Below, piece by piece: positions 38,766-47,531 of a stretch of 64,000 nucleotides of DNA (position 1 is its first letter; each line of letters starts with the position of its first letter). The notes below the pieces were generated by a model, which saw only the letters and a list, made by a program, of their open reading frames with translations, had not been told where the DNA came from and searched no databases. The stretch spans positions 667,966-731,965 of the forward strand of contig CAWICC010000004.1 in the NCBI GenBank assembly GCA_963834535.1. Reading direction: 5' to 3'. Source of the stretch: an uncultured delta proteobacterium. Lineage in GTDB: Bacteria; Desulfobacterota; Binatia; Binatales; Binataceae. The translations under genes and the position numbers were made by a program.

Positions 38766-38805
38766 GGACGGCGAAAATGTTTCACGTGAAACATTTTCGC
38801 CGTCC
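38766..38805. repeat. Perfect 40-bp palindrome containing parS
   Basis: ggacggcgaaaatgtttcac|gtgaaacattttcgccgtcc is an exact reverse complement. It is followed by attcgttttt. Confidence 0.95.
38778..38793. other. parS: parS centromere-like ParB-binding site (exact consensus)
   Basis: TGTTTCACGTGAAACA equals the canonical 16-bp parS consensus (tGTTNCACGTGAAACa). It is the only copy in the window. Confidence 0.8.
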
Positions 38806-39036
38806 ATTCGTTTTTGCGACACCCAGCCCGTTAAAGACGATAATACCGTGCCTAATTTTTGAAAAATCTGCGCAATATCGACGGGGAACGCCGCCGCCCC
38901 GTCCCGATCGACCTTCGAATGCGCAATTGCGCGCGCGGGTGGAGGCTGAAATTTCCGTCCGCCGCCTTCTCCCCTCGGCATACGCCCGTGACTTCGTGCG
39001 ATGACACCGCCGATTACCGGCGGCGTCATCGCACAC

Positions 39037-39078
39037 GCCAGAGAGGGGTGCTGACTGAAGTCAGCACCCCTCTCTGGC
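39037..39078. repeat. Perfect 19-bp-stem hairpin
   Basis: gccagagaggggtgctgac-tgaa-gtcagcacccctctctggc. Confidence 0.9.
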
Positions 39079-39083
39079 CGTCC

Positions 39084-39125
39084 TCCGGGACGGGGCGCCG
39101 CGCTCGCGCGGCGCCCCGTCCCGGA
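39084..39125. repeat. Perfect 19-bp-stem GC-rich hairpin (related to the hairpin at 38880-38903)
   Basis: tccgggacggggcgccgcg-ctcg-cgcggcgccccgtcccgga. It shares the gacgggg...ccccgtccc arms with 38880-38903. Confidence 0.9.
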
Positions 39126-39192
39126 CTACAATTCAGCGCGGCAATCTCGCGACCGCCGCCCGTCGCGAATCTTCTACCGAGGACGAACTCTC

Positions 39193-40143
39193 ATGGCAGA
39201 TGCTGGCACCGCCACTATCAACGACCCCGCCCCTCCCGGACTGATCGCCGTCTGGTTGCAGGCCTCCCGCGCCTGGACGCTCGGGATGCCCTTCATGTGC
39301 GTCTCGGTCGGAACCTTCGCCGCCCTTTATTCCCGCGGCGTGTTCTCACCCTGGAGGTACCTTCTCGCCGCGGTCGCCGCGATGGCGTTGCAGGCCGGCG
39401 CCAACATGGTCAACGACTACTACGACTTCGTCACCGGCACCGACTCGCCCGACTGGCAGTCGCCCGAAAACTTCGGCCCCGGTCTGGTCATCCAGCGCGG
39501 CTATCTCAAGCCCGACGCGGTCTTCAAAGGCGGCGTCGTCTCCTTCATCTTCGGCATCGTGCTCGGCCTCGTATTGGTCCATCTATGCGGCTGGCCGATT
39601 CTCATCCTCGGCCTCATCGGCGTGTTCGGATCGTACTTCTACACCGCCGCTCCGCTCAGCCTCGCCTATCACGGACTCGGCGATTTCATGGTCTTCGCGC
39701 TGATGGGTCCCGGCTACGTCCTCGGCGCCTACTACGTTCAGGCGCTGCACTTTTCGTGGGCCGCTTTCATCGCCTCGATTCCTATCGGACTACTCTGTTC
39801 CGGCGTGCTGCAGGCTAACAACCTGCGCGATATCGATAACGACGCCGCGCACGGCAAGCGCACGATGGCCGTGATCATCGGCCGCACCGCCGCCGTCAAG
39901 GAACTCCAATGGTCTAACCTTGGCGCGTACCTCATCGTGCTCTTCGGCGTCGTCATTGGCCTCTTTCCGTGGCTCGCGCTCGCCGTCGCGATCACCGCGC
40001 CACACGCGCTCGAGGAAGTGCGCCTCGTCTCCGAAGGTCCCGATCCCGAACGGCATAACCGTGCGATGGCGCTGTCGGGTCAGTTGCAGTTCGAGTTCGG
40101 CGCAGTCCTCGTCGCCGCCTTCATCCTGGGCCGCCTGCTCTGA
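39193..40143 (+). CDS. menA: 1,4-dihydroxy-2-naphthoate polyprenyltransferase (UbiA family)
   Basis: 'NDYYDFVTGTD' and 'NNLRDIDNDAAHGKRTMAV' motifs. Multi-TM protein. Confidence 0.85.
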   Translation: MADAGTATINDPAPPGLIAVWLQASRAWTLGMPFMCVSVGTFAALYSRGVFSPWRYLLAAVAAMALQAGANMVNDYYDFVTGTDSPDWQSPENFGPGLVIQRGYLKPDAVFKGGVVSFIFGIVLGLVLVHLCGWPILILGLIGVFGSYFYTAAPLSLAYHGLGDFMVFALMGPGYVLGAYYVQALHFSWAAFIASIPIGLLCSGVLQANNLRDIDNDAAHGKRTMAVIIGRTAAVKELQWSNLGAYLIVLFGVVIGLFPWLALAVAITAPHALEEVRLVSEGPDPERHNRAMALSGQLQFEFGAVLVAAFILGRLL

Positions 40144-40317
40144 GCGAGCCGCGCCCGCAGCTTCCGACGGCCCGAAGGGCCGCGCACCGATCGAAGACTG
40201 GATCGCACTCAGGCAAACGCCCGCCGTCGCGTGTCGAGGGATCGCTCTACTTGTCCGGGATGAGGGCAACCCGCTCGGCCAGCGCCCGAGCGGGCTCTTG
40301 ATCTGGTAACCGACCGC

Positions 40318-40734
40318 CTAGAGCTTGCCCTCGGCGAGCGCTTTGTCGAGCGCGCCGATATTGGCGTCGTGGCCGTCGGCCATCACCTTAAGGAACGCCC
40401 GCAGATGCGCATCCGCGATCGTGCCGACCTGATCGCCGATCTTGCGCACCACCCACCGCTGTCCGCGATTGAGCAGTTCCAGCTTGCCCTTGAGGTTGCC
40501 AACCGCGCGCACCTTCTCGACGAAGTCGCCGGTCTTGTTCGACGGCGCGCCGCCGAGGCGCCGCACATGCGCCGCCAGTTCGCCGGCGTAGTAGCCTTCG
40601 TCGTGACCTACCTTCTTCAGCATCTCGCGCAGTTCCAGCGATTGCGCCTGGTCGGTCAATTCATGCAATATCCGGCCGCCGGCGCGCTCTGCTTCGCCAA
40701 GCGAGTTCAGGAAGCTTTCCAAATCGCTATCCAT
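40318..40734 (-). CDS. Ferritin-like/DUF6306-like helical protein (hypothetical)
   Basis: ATG at 40734 after a GAGGTG SD. 'LNSLGEAERAGGRIL', 'HDEGYYAGELAAHVRRLGG'. The family call is tentative. Confidence 0.45.
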   Translation of the reverse strand: MDSDLESFLNSLGEAERAGGRILHELTDQAQSLELREMLKKVGHDEGYYAGELAAHVRRLGGAPSNKTGDFVEKVRAVGNLKGKLELLNRGQRWVVRKIGDQVGTIADAHLRAFLKVMADGHDANIGALDKALAEGKL

Positions 40735-40803
40735 GCTCACTGCACCTCGCGGTTGTAGCCGCAAGTAAACTCTAGCATCGTTCCTCTCGATCCGTATTCC
40801 CCG

Positions 40804-42555
40804 TCACATCAACGGCGCGACCGGGCAATAGACCTGTCCCATCTCCGCGTGCCGCATGAGGACCTCGCGGACTACCGCGACCAACGGAGCGATCGCCCGC
40901 GGCGGCTGCCATGGTGCGACCGAGCCCGAGATTTGCCCGCTCATCAGTTTCCCCAGGAACCCGACCTCCTCCGGCAACTCCTCGAGTTCGGCATGATCCT
41001 GCGGATTCAGGTGCGCCAGTTGCTTGGCCCGATCGATCGCATCGCTGAGGCCGCCCAGCTTGTCCACCAGGTTCACCTTCAAGGCCTGTTCTCCCGTCCA
41101 CACCCGCCCCTGGGCGATATCGTTGACTTGCGCGACCGTCATGTGGCGCTGCTTCGCGACGAGTTCCAGAAAGTATTGATAGGTTCCGCCGAGTAACTGG
41201 TCGCGGAAGATCTGTTCCTGTGCCGGGGTAAAGTCACTGAAAGAATCGAACATCAGCGCGTTGGCGCCGCGCGATACCGCTCCGGTGTTAACCCCGATTG
41301 CAGTAGTCGCGCCCGACACGTTGAACTTGCCGCCGAGGACGCCGATCGAACCGGTCAGCGTGCCGGGATCGGAGATTATCGCTGCCGCCGGAGTCGCCAC
41401 CCAATAGCCGCCCGAGGCCGCGTAGCTCGACATGCTGACGACGACCGGTTTCTTGGCCGCGGTCAATTCGACCGCCCGCCGGATCAGCTCCGACGCGATC
41501 ACCGATCCGCCCGGCGAGTCGATGCGGAACACCACGGCGCGAACGCTATCGTCTTCGCGCGCATCCTTGAACGCCTTGACCATGTCGTCCGATCCCATCG
41601 CCTCCGACCCCGGCGACAGAATCGGATCGAAGCCGCCGGCGCCGCGCTGGATTGCGCCAACACCGTAGATCAGCGCGATCCTGTCGCGGCTACCCCCGAA
41701 ATGCGGGCCCGCCGATCGCACGTACGACGAGGCGTCGATAGTCTCGTGATGTTCGCCGCGATACTTCTCGACGCGATCGTCGAACTGATCTTCGTACTCG
41801 AGGCGATCGAGCAGATGGGCCTTGAGGCCGTCGCTCGCGGTCAGCGGCGCGCGGTCCACGATCGCGCGCATCTGATCGGGCGTCAGATGGCGATGGGCGG
41901 CGGACTCGGCCGTCATCTGATCGAACATGCTGCCCATCAGCGACTCGTCCTCTTCGCGCTGCGCGGGCGTGAAGTCCTTCTCGGTGAAGATGTTGGCGGC
42001 GTCCTTGTACTTGCCGATCGAAGCAAAGTTGGGATTGACCTTGATCCAGTCGAGCAGGCCGCGCGCGAACATTTCGCGCATGCCCACGCCGAGGATGTTC
42101 AGCTCGCCCTGCGGCATCATCGAGACTTCGTCGGCGGTGCTGGCAACCATAAACGGCAGGTTGCCGAAGCCGCCCTCGCCCGCGGTCTCCATGTAGGCGG
42201 TGGTCCATTTGCCGTGGCTGTGGAACTCCGTGATCATCGCGCACAGTTCCTGCGCCTGCGCCAACTCCATCTGCGGGTCGATGACCTTGATCGCCAGCCC
42301 TACAATTCGGTCATCGGTGCCGGCCGATCTGAGCGCGCGCCGAATCACGTTGAGCGCCGTCTGATCGGGACTCAGCATTCCGATCGCATTGGTGGTGCTG
42401 CGTTCGACCACGGGGCCGTCGAGTTTCAGCACCAGCACCGATCCGGGCTTGTAGCGATGGGAGACGTACTGGCTGATGATTATGATCAGGAACAGGATAG
42501 CGAGCATCACTACCGTCTTGACCATCCATCGCAGCAATCTCTTCAGCATGCGCAT
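40804..42555 (-). CDS. sppA: Signal peptide peptidase SppA, 67K type (S49)
   Basis: N-terminal TM segment, duplicated S49 domains, 'SYAASGGYWVA', 'GRVWTGEQALKVNLVDKLGG'. Confidence 0.9.
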   Translation of the reverse strand: MRMLKRLLRWMVKTVVMLAILFLIIIISQYVSHRYKPGSVLVLKLDGPVVERSTTNAIGMLSPDQTALNVIRRALRSAGTDDRIVGLAIKVIDPQMELAQAQELCAMITEFHSHGKWTTAYMETAGEGGFGNLPFMVASTADEVSMMPQGELNILGVGMREMFARGLLDWIKVNPNFASIGKYKDAANIFTEKDFTPAQREEDESLMGSMFDQMTAESAAHRHLTPDQMRAIVDRAPLTASDGLKAHLLDRLEYEDQFDDRVEKYRGEHHETIDASSYVRSAGPHFGGSRDRIALIYGVGAIQRGAGGFDPILSPGSEAMGSDDMVKAFKDAREDDSVRAVVFRIDSPGGSVIASELIRRAVELTAAKKPVVVSMSSYAASGGYWVATPAAAIISDPGTLTGSIGVLGGKFNVSGATTAIGVNTGAVSRGANALMFDSFSDFTPAQEQIFRDQLLGGTYQYFLELVAKQRHMTVAQVNDIAQGRVWTGEQALKVNLVDKLGGLSDAIDRAKQLAHLNPQDHAELEELPEEVGFLGKLMSGQISGSVAPWQPPRAIAPLVAVVREVLMRHAEMGQVYCPVAPLM

Positions 42556-42933
42556 CTAGCGTGCTCCCTTGGCCTGTATCGTTGAGGCCGCGCGAATATC
42601 AGTCGCCGTGATGGCCCGCGATCATCGCGAGCCGTTTCATTCCGCTTGAAAGCTGAGCGGGAAATCCAAATGATAGCCAACCATAACAGCCGGAACTCGG
42701 CTAGTCGCGATTCACGTTGCGGGGCGATGGAGCTTTGCAGACCGGCGCAGCGATCGCAGCGATGAAAGCTGGAAGTGACGGCAGCGAACGCATTGAGCGG
42801 GAGCCGCAAAGCTGGAAGAGAGAGCGATAACCGTAAAAGTGCGAACTGCAGAAGCAATGCTCGCGTGAAGCGCACCGGCGCAGACCTGGCTGCGGCGGCG
42901 AACGATCGCGGCGCGCTCCTGAGCGAGCGCCCG

Positions 42934-44145
42934 ATGGGCGCGATTCATTACCGCATCATTGCGCTGTGTTTCGCGGCGTGGATTTTCGACTTTTACGATC
43001 TGATCCTTTACTCATTCATGATCGTGCCGATCGCGCGCGACCTCCATCTGAGTCAGACGGAGTCGTCGCTGACGCTCGGGCTGGCGCTTGCGATGACGGC
43101 GTTCGGCGGTGTGATCTTCGGCTTCGTCGGCGATCGCTTCGGGCGGCGGCCGACGATCATCGTGGCGGTGCTGGTGTACGGCATCGGCACGACGATGTGC
43201 GCCGCCTCGCACTCGTTGGTGGAATTGCTGCTGTTCCGATCGTTCACCGGGCTGGGTATCGGCGGCGAATGGGCGGCCGGGCAAAGCCTGGTCGCGGAGA
43301 CGGTCCCGCCCGCGCGGCGTGCGCGCTACGCGGCGTACGTGCAGGTTGGCGCGCCGCTGGGTGCGATGCTCGCGGCGGCGGCCGGCGGACATATCGAGCC
43401 GCTGATCGGGTGGCGCAACGTGTTCCTGATCTCGTCCGCGCCGTCGTTCATCGTGGCGGCAATCGTGTGGCGATGGCTGCCGGAGAGCGACGTATGGCTG
43501 CGGGCCGATCGCCGCCAATGGTTCAACGCGGACTCGCTCAGTACGCTGCGACCGTATCGGCGGATTATCGGCCTGCTCTTCGTCGTCTTGCTGGTGAACT
43601 CCGCGGCGTACTGGTTCACCTACACCTGGATGCCGAGCTACCTGCGGCTCGCGCGAGGGTTGACGCCGCAGGCGAGCGGCAACCTGATGATCTGGATGCA
43701 GACGGGGGCGTTGGCGGGATACGCGGCGTTCGGCGTGCTGGCCGATCGGTTCGGGCGACGTCCGGTTTTCTCGATCTATGCCTCGATGATGGGGCTGGGC
43801 TTGCTGCCGGCGACAATCTTCTGGGCGTGGGCGTCGGCGACGCCGGGCCTGATTCGCGGGGCCTTGATCGTAGCGGGCTTCGGCACCGGTATCTGGTCAG
43901 GCGCCGGCCCGATGATATCCGAGATGCTGCCGACCAGCGTGCGCAACACGGCATTAGGACTACTACTGAACGTCACCCGCGGGATTCAGTTTTTCACCCC
44001 GTTGATAATCACGGCGCTGAGCCCGCGATTGGGTTTTGGGCCGACGCTCGCGATTGGCGCGCTGTTCTCGTTTGTGGGAGCGATCATGGTCTGGGCGTTG
44101 CCGGAGACGCGCGGGCGGCGGATTACCGATCTCGATTCGGGCTAG
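42934..44145 (+). CDS. MFS transporter
   Basis: ATG at 42934. 'FGFVGDRFGRRP' and 'FGVLADRFGRRP' are the MFS loop 2-3 and 8-9 motifs. About 12 TM segments. Confidence 0.88.
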   Translation: MGAIHYRIIALCFAAWIFDFYDLILYSFMIVPIARDLHLSQTESSLTLGLALAMTAFGGVIFGFVGDRFGRRPTIIVAVLVYGIGTTMCAASHSLVELLLFRSFTGLGIGGEWAAGQSLVAETVPPARRARYAAYVQVGAPLGAMLAAAAGGHIEPLIGWRNVFLISSAPSFIVAAIVWRWLPESDVWLRADRRQWFNADSLSTLRPYRRIIGLLFVVLLVNSAAYWFTYTWMPSYLRLARGLTPQASGNLMIWMQTGALAGYAAFGVLADRFGRRPVFSIYASMMGLGLLPATIFWAWASATPGLIRGALIVAGFGTGIWSGAGPMISEMLPTSVRNTALGLLLNVTRGIQFFTPLIITALSPRLGFGPTLAIGALFSFVGAIMVWALPETRGRRITDLDSG

Positions 44146-44322
44146 CCGCGCACGCTTTCATCGGGCAGGCCTTCGGCGCGCTGGCTGCACGTCGCGAGAG
44201 CGACGCTATTTGGCTGGCGTTCGCTGAAGATCGCAATAGCGGCGTTTCGTGGCGAGCGTCCGCTGGGGGTCGTGAGCGCGGCGCTCCGCAGCGGGCGTCC
44301 TCTGAAGATCGCGAAAACGACG

Positions 44323-46302
44323 CTATTTGGCGGGAGTCGTTACGGTGTCGGCGCCGTCGAGGTAGGCGTGGCCGGCGTAGCGGGTGAGTTTGAGCGTGGT
44401 GGTGACGCGCGAACTCTTGAGAGCACGCGATACCGTCGCGATGAACGGAGTGCCTTGTGGTTGCGGGTCAACGGGATCGCGGATCCGCGAGGCGCGGGGG
44501 TACGAGCCACTCGCTTCGTGGGCATCGCGCTGATGAGCGTCGATGAGAGCAACTGACTGGCGCGGCCGGGTGCCCTGGGGGACGAGCGCTTCGTGGAGGA
44601 CGCGGCCTGTTACGCCCGGGCTTGGCGCCAGTCTAAGGATTTCGTCCATGGTCGGAGCGACGTCGGCATTTCCGGTCGGCGCGTAATCGACCATGGCGCG
44701 ACGGAAATCGGGACCGACCGCGGCGCAGAAGTTGTGCAGTTCGCGCGATCCGGCGGCTCCATGCATGCCCATCCCGGTCGAGAATGAGTCGGCGTCCGCA
44801 TACATGACACCTGGGATCGGACGCACCAGAGCGCCCGATTTGTTGGTCTGCACTTCGGGGCCATTGGGTCCGATCGTGAAGGCGGGATTCAGCGGACCGG
44901 TAAGCGCGCGATTATCGAGGTCGGGGAACTCGCGAAACGAGACGATCAGATCGGCGGCGCGCGCATTGGGTCCGAGGCCGAAGGCGGCCTGATTGAAGGT
45001 GCCTTCGATCGAACCGCGATAGCCGGATCCGCGATGAGCCGGTCGCGCCGGGTTTGATCCGCCGTCGCCGGAGCCATCGTGGCTGTCAGCACCACCGGCC
45101 GGTTTGGCACCGGCGGGATCGGGCGAGAAGATCGGTCCGCTCCAGTCCTGCGTGTCAGCGTAATCGACAATCCGCTGCATCATCTGATGGCGTTCGGCGG
45201 TGGTCGGGAAATCGGTTTTTGAAAGGTAAATCCAGTCACCGCCGGCGTCGGCGGCGACAACGACGTCCTTGCTGTCGATGGCCTTCTTCAAGCCCGCGGC
45301 GACGAGCAGTCGGGCGAGCGGAACGGTGGCCTTGATGGTGGCGAAGCCGTGATCGGAGACGACCACGAGATCGGTACGATCGGCGATGCCGAGGGCGTCG
45401 ATCGCGGTGCGCAGCGTCGCGAGATTGGCGTCACAGGCATGCAGGGCGTTCAGCGCGGGCTGCGTCCCGAGGCCCGCGACATGCTGCGTGATATCGGGAT
45501 TGTGCTGCCACAAGACGACCAGCGCGGGCTGGCTGCGACTGGAGGCGAGACGAGCCGCCGGCAGCGCCTCGGTGGCGGCGATCTTCGTGAACCAGGCGTC
45601 GCGCGCGATGATCGAAGAATAATCGGTGCGCGTCATCGGGGGCATCCGGGCGAACTCCGCCGTCATGGAGGAGGGCGCGGCCATATCGTCGGCGACGAAG
45701 ATGAAGTTTGGCGACGCCAGTGCGTTGTCTTGCAGATTAGAGAATTGGTCGTCGAACAGTAGCGTCGGGCCCTGCTTACCGATTACGGCGACGAATCCGC
45801 GGGAACGCTCGACCTGCTGAGCCGTGGTGTCCAGGCCGAGCAGATGGCCGTCGAAGATACGCGGGTCGTTCAGTTGAGCGAGGTACTGCGAATGCTCGAG
45901 GTTCAACGGGTCGCCGAGGAGCGGGGCGAACGGCAGGGGTGCGGCGCGAGCCAGATCGATCACGGGTGCGAGATACATCATGTCGCCGTAGATGCCGGAG
46001 TCGCCGGGCGACGCGCCGGTGGCGAGGCCGGCCGCATTGACCATGGTCAAGGTCGGATAGATCGAATGATGACGTGCGAAGCGCACGCCGGCGTGATCGA
46101 GTGCGAAGAGGTTGGGCGTGTTCGCCTGATCGACGAGGTCGGGGCGCAGCCCGTCCCATACCATCAGGACCACGATACGGCCGGCGGCAAGGTTGCCGTT
46201 CGCGGCCGCGTCACTGGCGCCAATTACAGTGCTGATAGTTACCGCAAGGGCGGTGAGAACGGTGAGGATTCGGAGCCTGGAGATTATGGTTGAAGAGCGC
46301 AA
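44323..46302 (-). CDS. Secreted alkaline-phosphatase-superfamily enzyme (nucleotide pyrophosphatase/phosphodiesterase-like)
   Basis: 'VLMVWDGLRPDLV', 'YPTLTMVNAAGLATG', 'VVVSDHGF'. Signal peptide present. TTG start. Confidence 0.78.
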   Translation of the reverse strand: MRSSTIISRLRILTVLTALAVTISTVIGASDAAANGNLAAGRIVVLMVWDGLRPDLVDQANTPNLFALDHAGVRFARHHSIYPTLTMVNAAGLATGASPGDSGIYGDMMYLAPVIDLARAAPLPFAPLLGDPLNLEHSQYLAQLNDPRIFDGHLLGLDTTAQQVERSRGFVAVIGKQGPTLLFDDQFSNLQDNALASPNFIFVADDMAAPSSMTAEFARMPPMTRTDYSSIIARDAWFTKIAATEALPAARLASSRSQPALVVLWQHNPDITQHVAGLGTQPALNALHACDANLATLRTAIDALGIADRTDLVVVSDHGFATIKATVPLARLLVAAGLKKAIDSKDVVVAADAGGDWIYLSKTDFPTTAERHQMMQRIVDYADTQDWSGPIFSPDPAGAKPAGGADSHDGSGDGGSNPARPAHRGSGYRGSIEGTFNQAAFGLGPNARAADLIVSFREFPDLDNRALTGPLNPAFTIGPNGPEVQTNKSGALVRPIPGVMYADADSFSTGMGMHGAAGSRELHNFCAAVGPDFRRAMVDYAPTGNADVAPTMDEILRLAPSPGVTGRVLHEALVPQGTRPRQSVALIDAHQRDAHEASGSYPRASRIRDPVDPQPQGTPFIATVSRALKSSRVTTTLKLTRYAGHAYLDGADTVTTPAK

Positions 46303-46480
46303 AACTTATCTTTCCTTGGGGAAAGCAAAACGTGCCTTGAGGGACCTCGCCGACCACTTTTGCTGAAGCAACTCGCAGGGCGCGCCCGCTCATTTCGCCG
46401 CGCTTCCCGAAAGTAACTCGGCTTGCAGGCGCGCGCGAGTGGCGTGCTTTCAGACTTCCGGCTGAGTTGCTGCCGCCCAA

Positions 46481-47377
46481 TCAACGGAGCAGGTGTTCGA
46501 CGAACCAGTCGCGAGCGGCGGCGCTGGCGCGCTCGAAGTCGTGGACGTAGGCGTCGAAGTGGCCGCCGTTCAAGACCACTATCCGCTTGGGTTCGAGCGC
46601 GCGGTTGAAGGCGAGGAACGCCTCTTCGGCGATCGCGAGATGATCGTTGTCGGCAATCAGCATCAGGAGCGGCGTCGGGCTGATCCGCGCGATGTAGTCG
46701 CCGGGCTCGTACTCGCCGAGCATCTCGACGGTACGGAGAGTGACTTCGTTGCGCCATGAAGGCGCGCGGGTATGTCCGGTTTCGGTGAACCATTGCCAGG
46801 AATCGGCGGTAGGGAGGGCGGCGGGCGCCATCGGATCCTCGGCGACGACGGGCATCATGAGGGGCGCGGCGCCATTGAAGCGGGCCTCGCGATCGGCGTC
46901 GAACTGGGCGCGCACCTGGGCGAACATATCGGCGCGGATGAGGCGCTTGAGGTTGCGCGATCCACTCACCAGCGGAACCTGCGAGACGACGCATTTGACG
47001 CGGCGATCGATTGCGCCGACGGTGAGCACGTGTCCACCGCTGTAGCTTGAACCCCAGACGCCGATGCGGCCGGCGTCAATTTCCGGGCGGCTGCCGATCC
47101 AGGTGATGGCGTGGCGATAGTCGCGGACCTGGTGCCACGGATCGATTTCCTGACGCGGTTGGCCGTCGCTCGCGCCGAAGTTGCGGTTGTCGAAAACGAG
47201 CGCCGCGAGGCCGGCCTGGCTGAAGACCTCGGCGAAGCGATCGAGATACATCTCTTTGACGGCGGAGAAACCGTGCGCCATCACGACCGCGGGCACACGG
47301 TCCCTGGGGTGATCGGGGAGAAATAGCCATCCACGGAGAGTTGTACCTTCGGCGTTGAATTCGATATCGCGGCGCAT
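46481..47377 (-). CDS. Alpha/beta hydrolase (dienelactone-hydrolase/COG1073-like)
   Basis: 'PAVVMAHGFSAVKE', nucleophile elbow 'GVWGSSYSGG'. ATG at 47377 with a GAGGTG SD (alternative GTG at 47386). Confidence 0.8.
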   Translation of the reverse strand: MRRDIEFNAEGTTLRGWLFLPDHPRDRVPAVVMAHGFSAVKEMYLDRFAEVFSQAGLAALVFDNRNFGASDGQPRQEIDPWHQVRDYRHAITWIGSRPEIDAGRIGVWGSSYSGGHVLTVGAIDRRVKCVVSQVPLVSGSRNLKRLIRADMFAQVRAQFDADREARFNGAAPLMMPVVAEDPMAPAALPTADSWQWFTETGHTRAPSWRNEVTLRTVEMLGEYEPGDYIARISPTPLLMLIADNDHLAIAEEAFLAFNRALEPKRIVVLNGGHFDAYVHDFERASAAARDWFVEHLLR

Positions 47378-47472
47378 GAACGTCACCTCGCGGGCGATAA
47401 TAAACGAATAAGGGGGCGACCGGAAGGGATTCGGGAGGCGTCGCGTGGAACCGGGGGCCAGGCCATTATGGG

Positions 47473-47515
47473 CAGAAAAGAAAACCGCGGCGGACGCACA
47501 AGGCGCCCGCCGCGG
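47473..47515 (-). terminator. Rho-independent terminator of the OMP gene
   Basis: Perfect 9-bp stem ccgcggcgg/ccgccgcgg (47485-47493 / 47507-47515). On the minus strand it is followed by ttttcttttct. Confidence 0.7.
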
Positions 47516-47531
47516 AAGGGGTTCGGCTCGA

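Noticed and set aside
38660-39004. 114-aa ORF containing 'MFHVKHF'
   Set aside because: It runs through terminator hairpins and the parS palindrome. 'FHVKHF' is simply the translation of TTTCACGTGAAACAT. It has a TTG start, no SD, and low-complexity Arg/Pro content.
42966-44387. 473-aa plus-strand ORF
   Set aside because: It is an alternative frame of the MFS transporter gene. Its Arg/Gly/Ala-rich composition contrasts with the clean 12-TM MFS sequence in the chosen frame.
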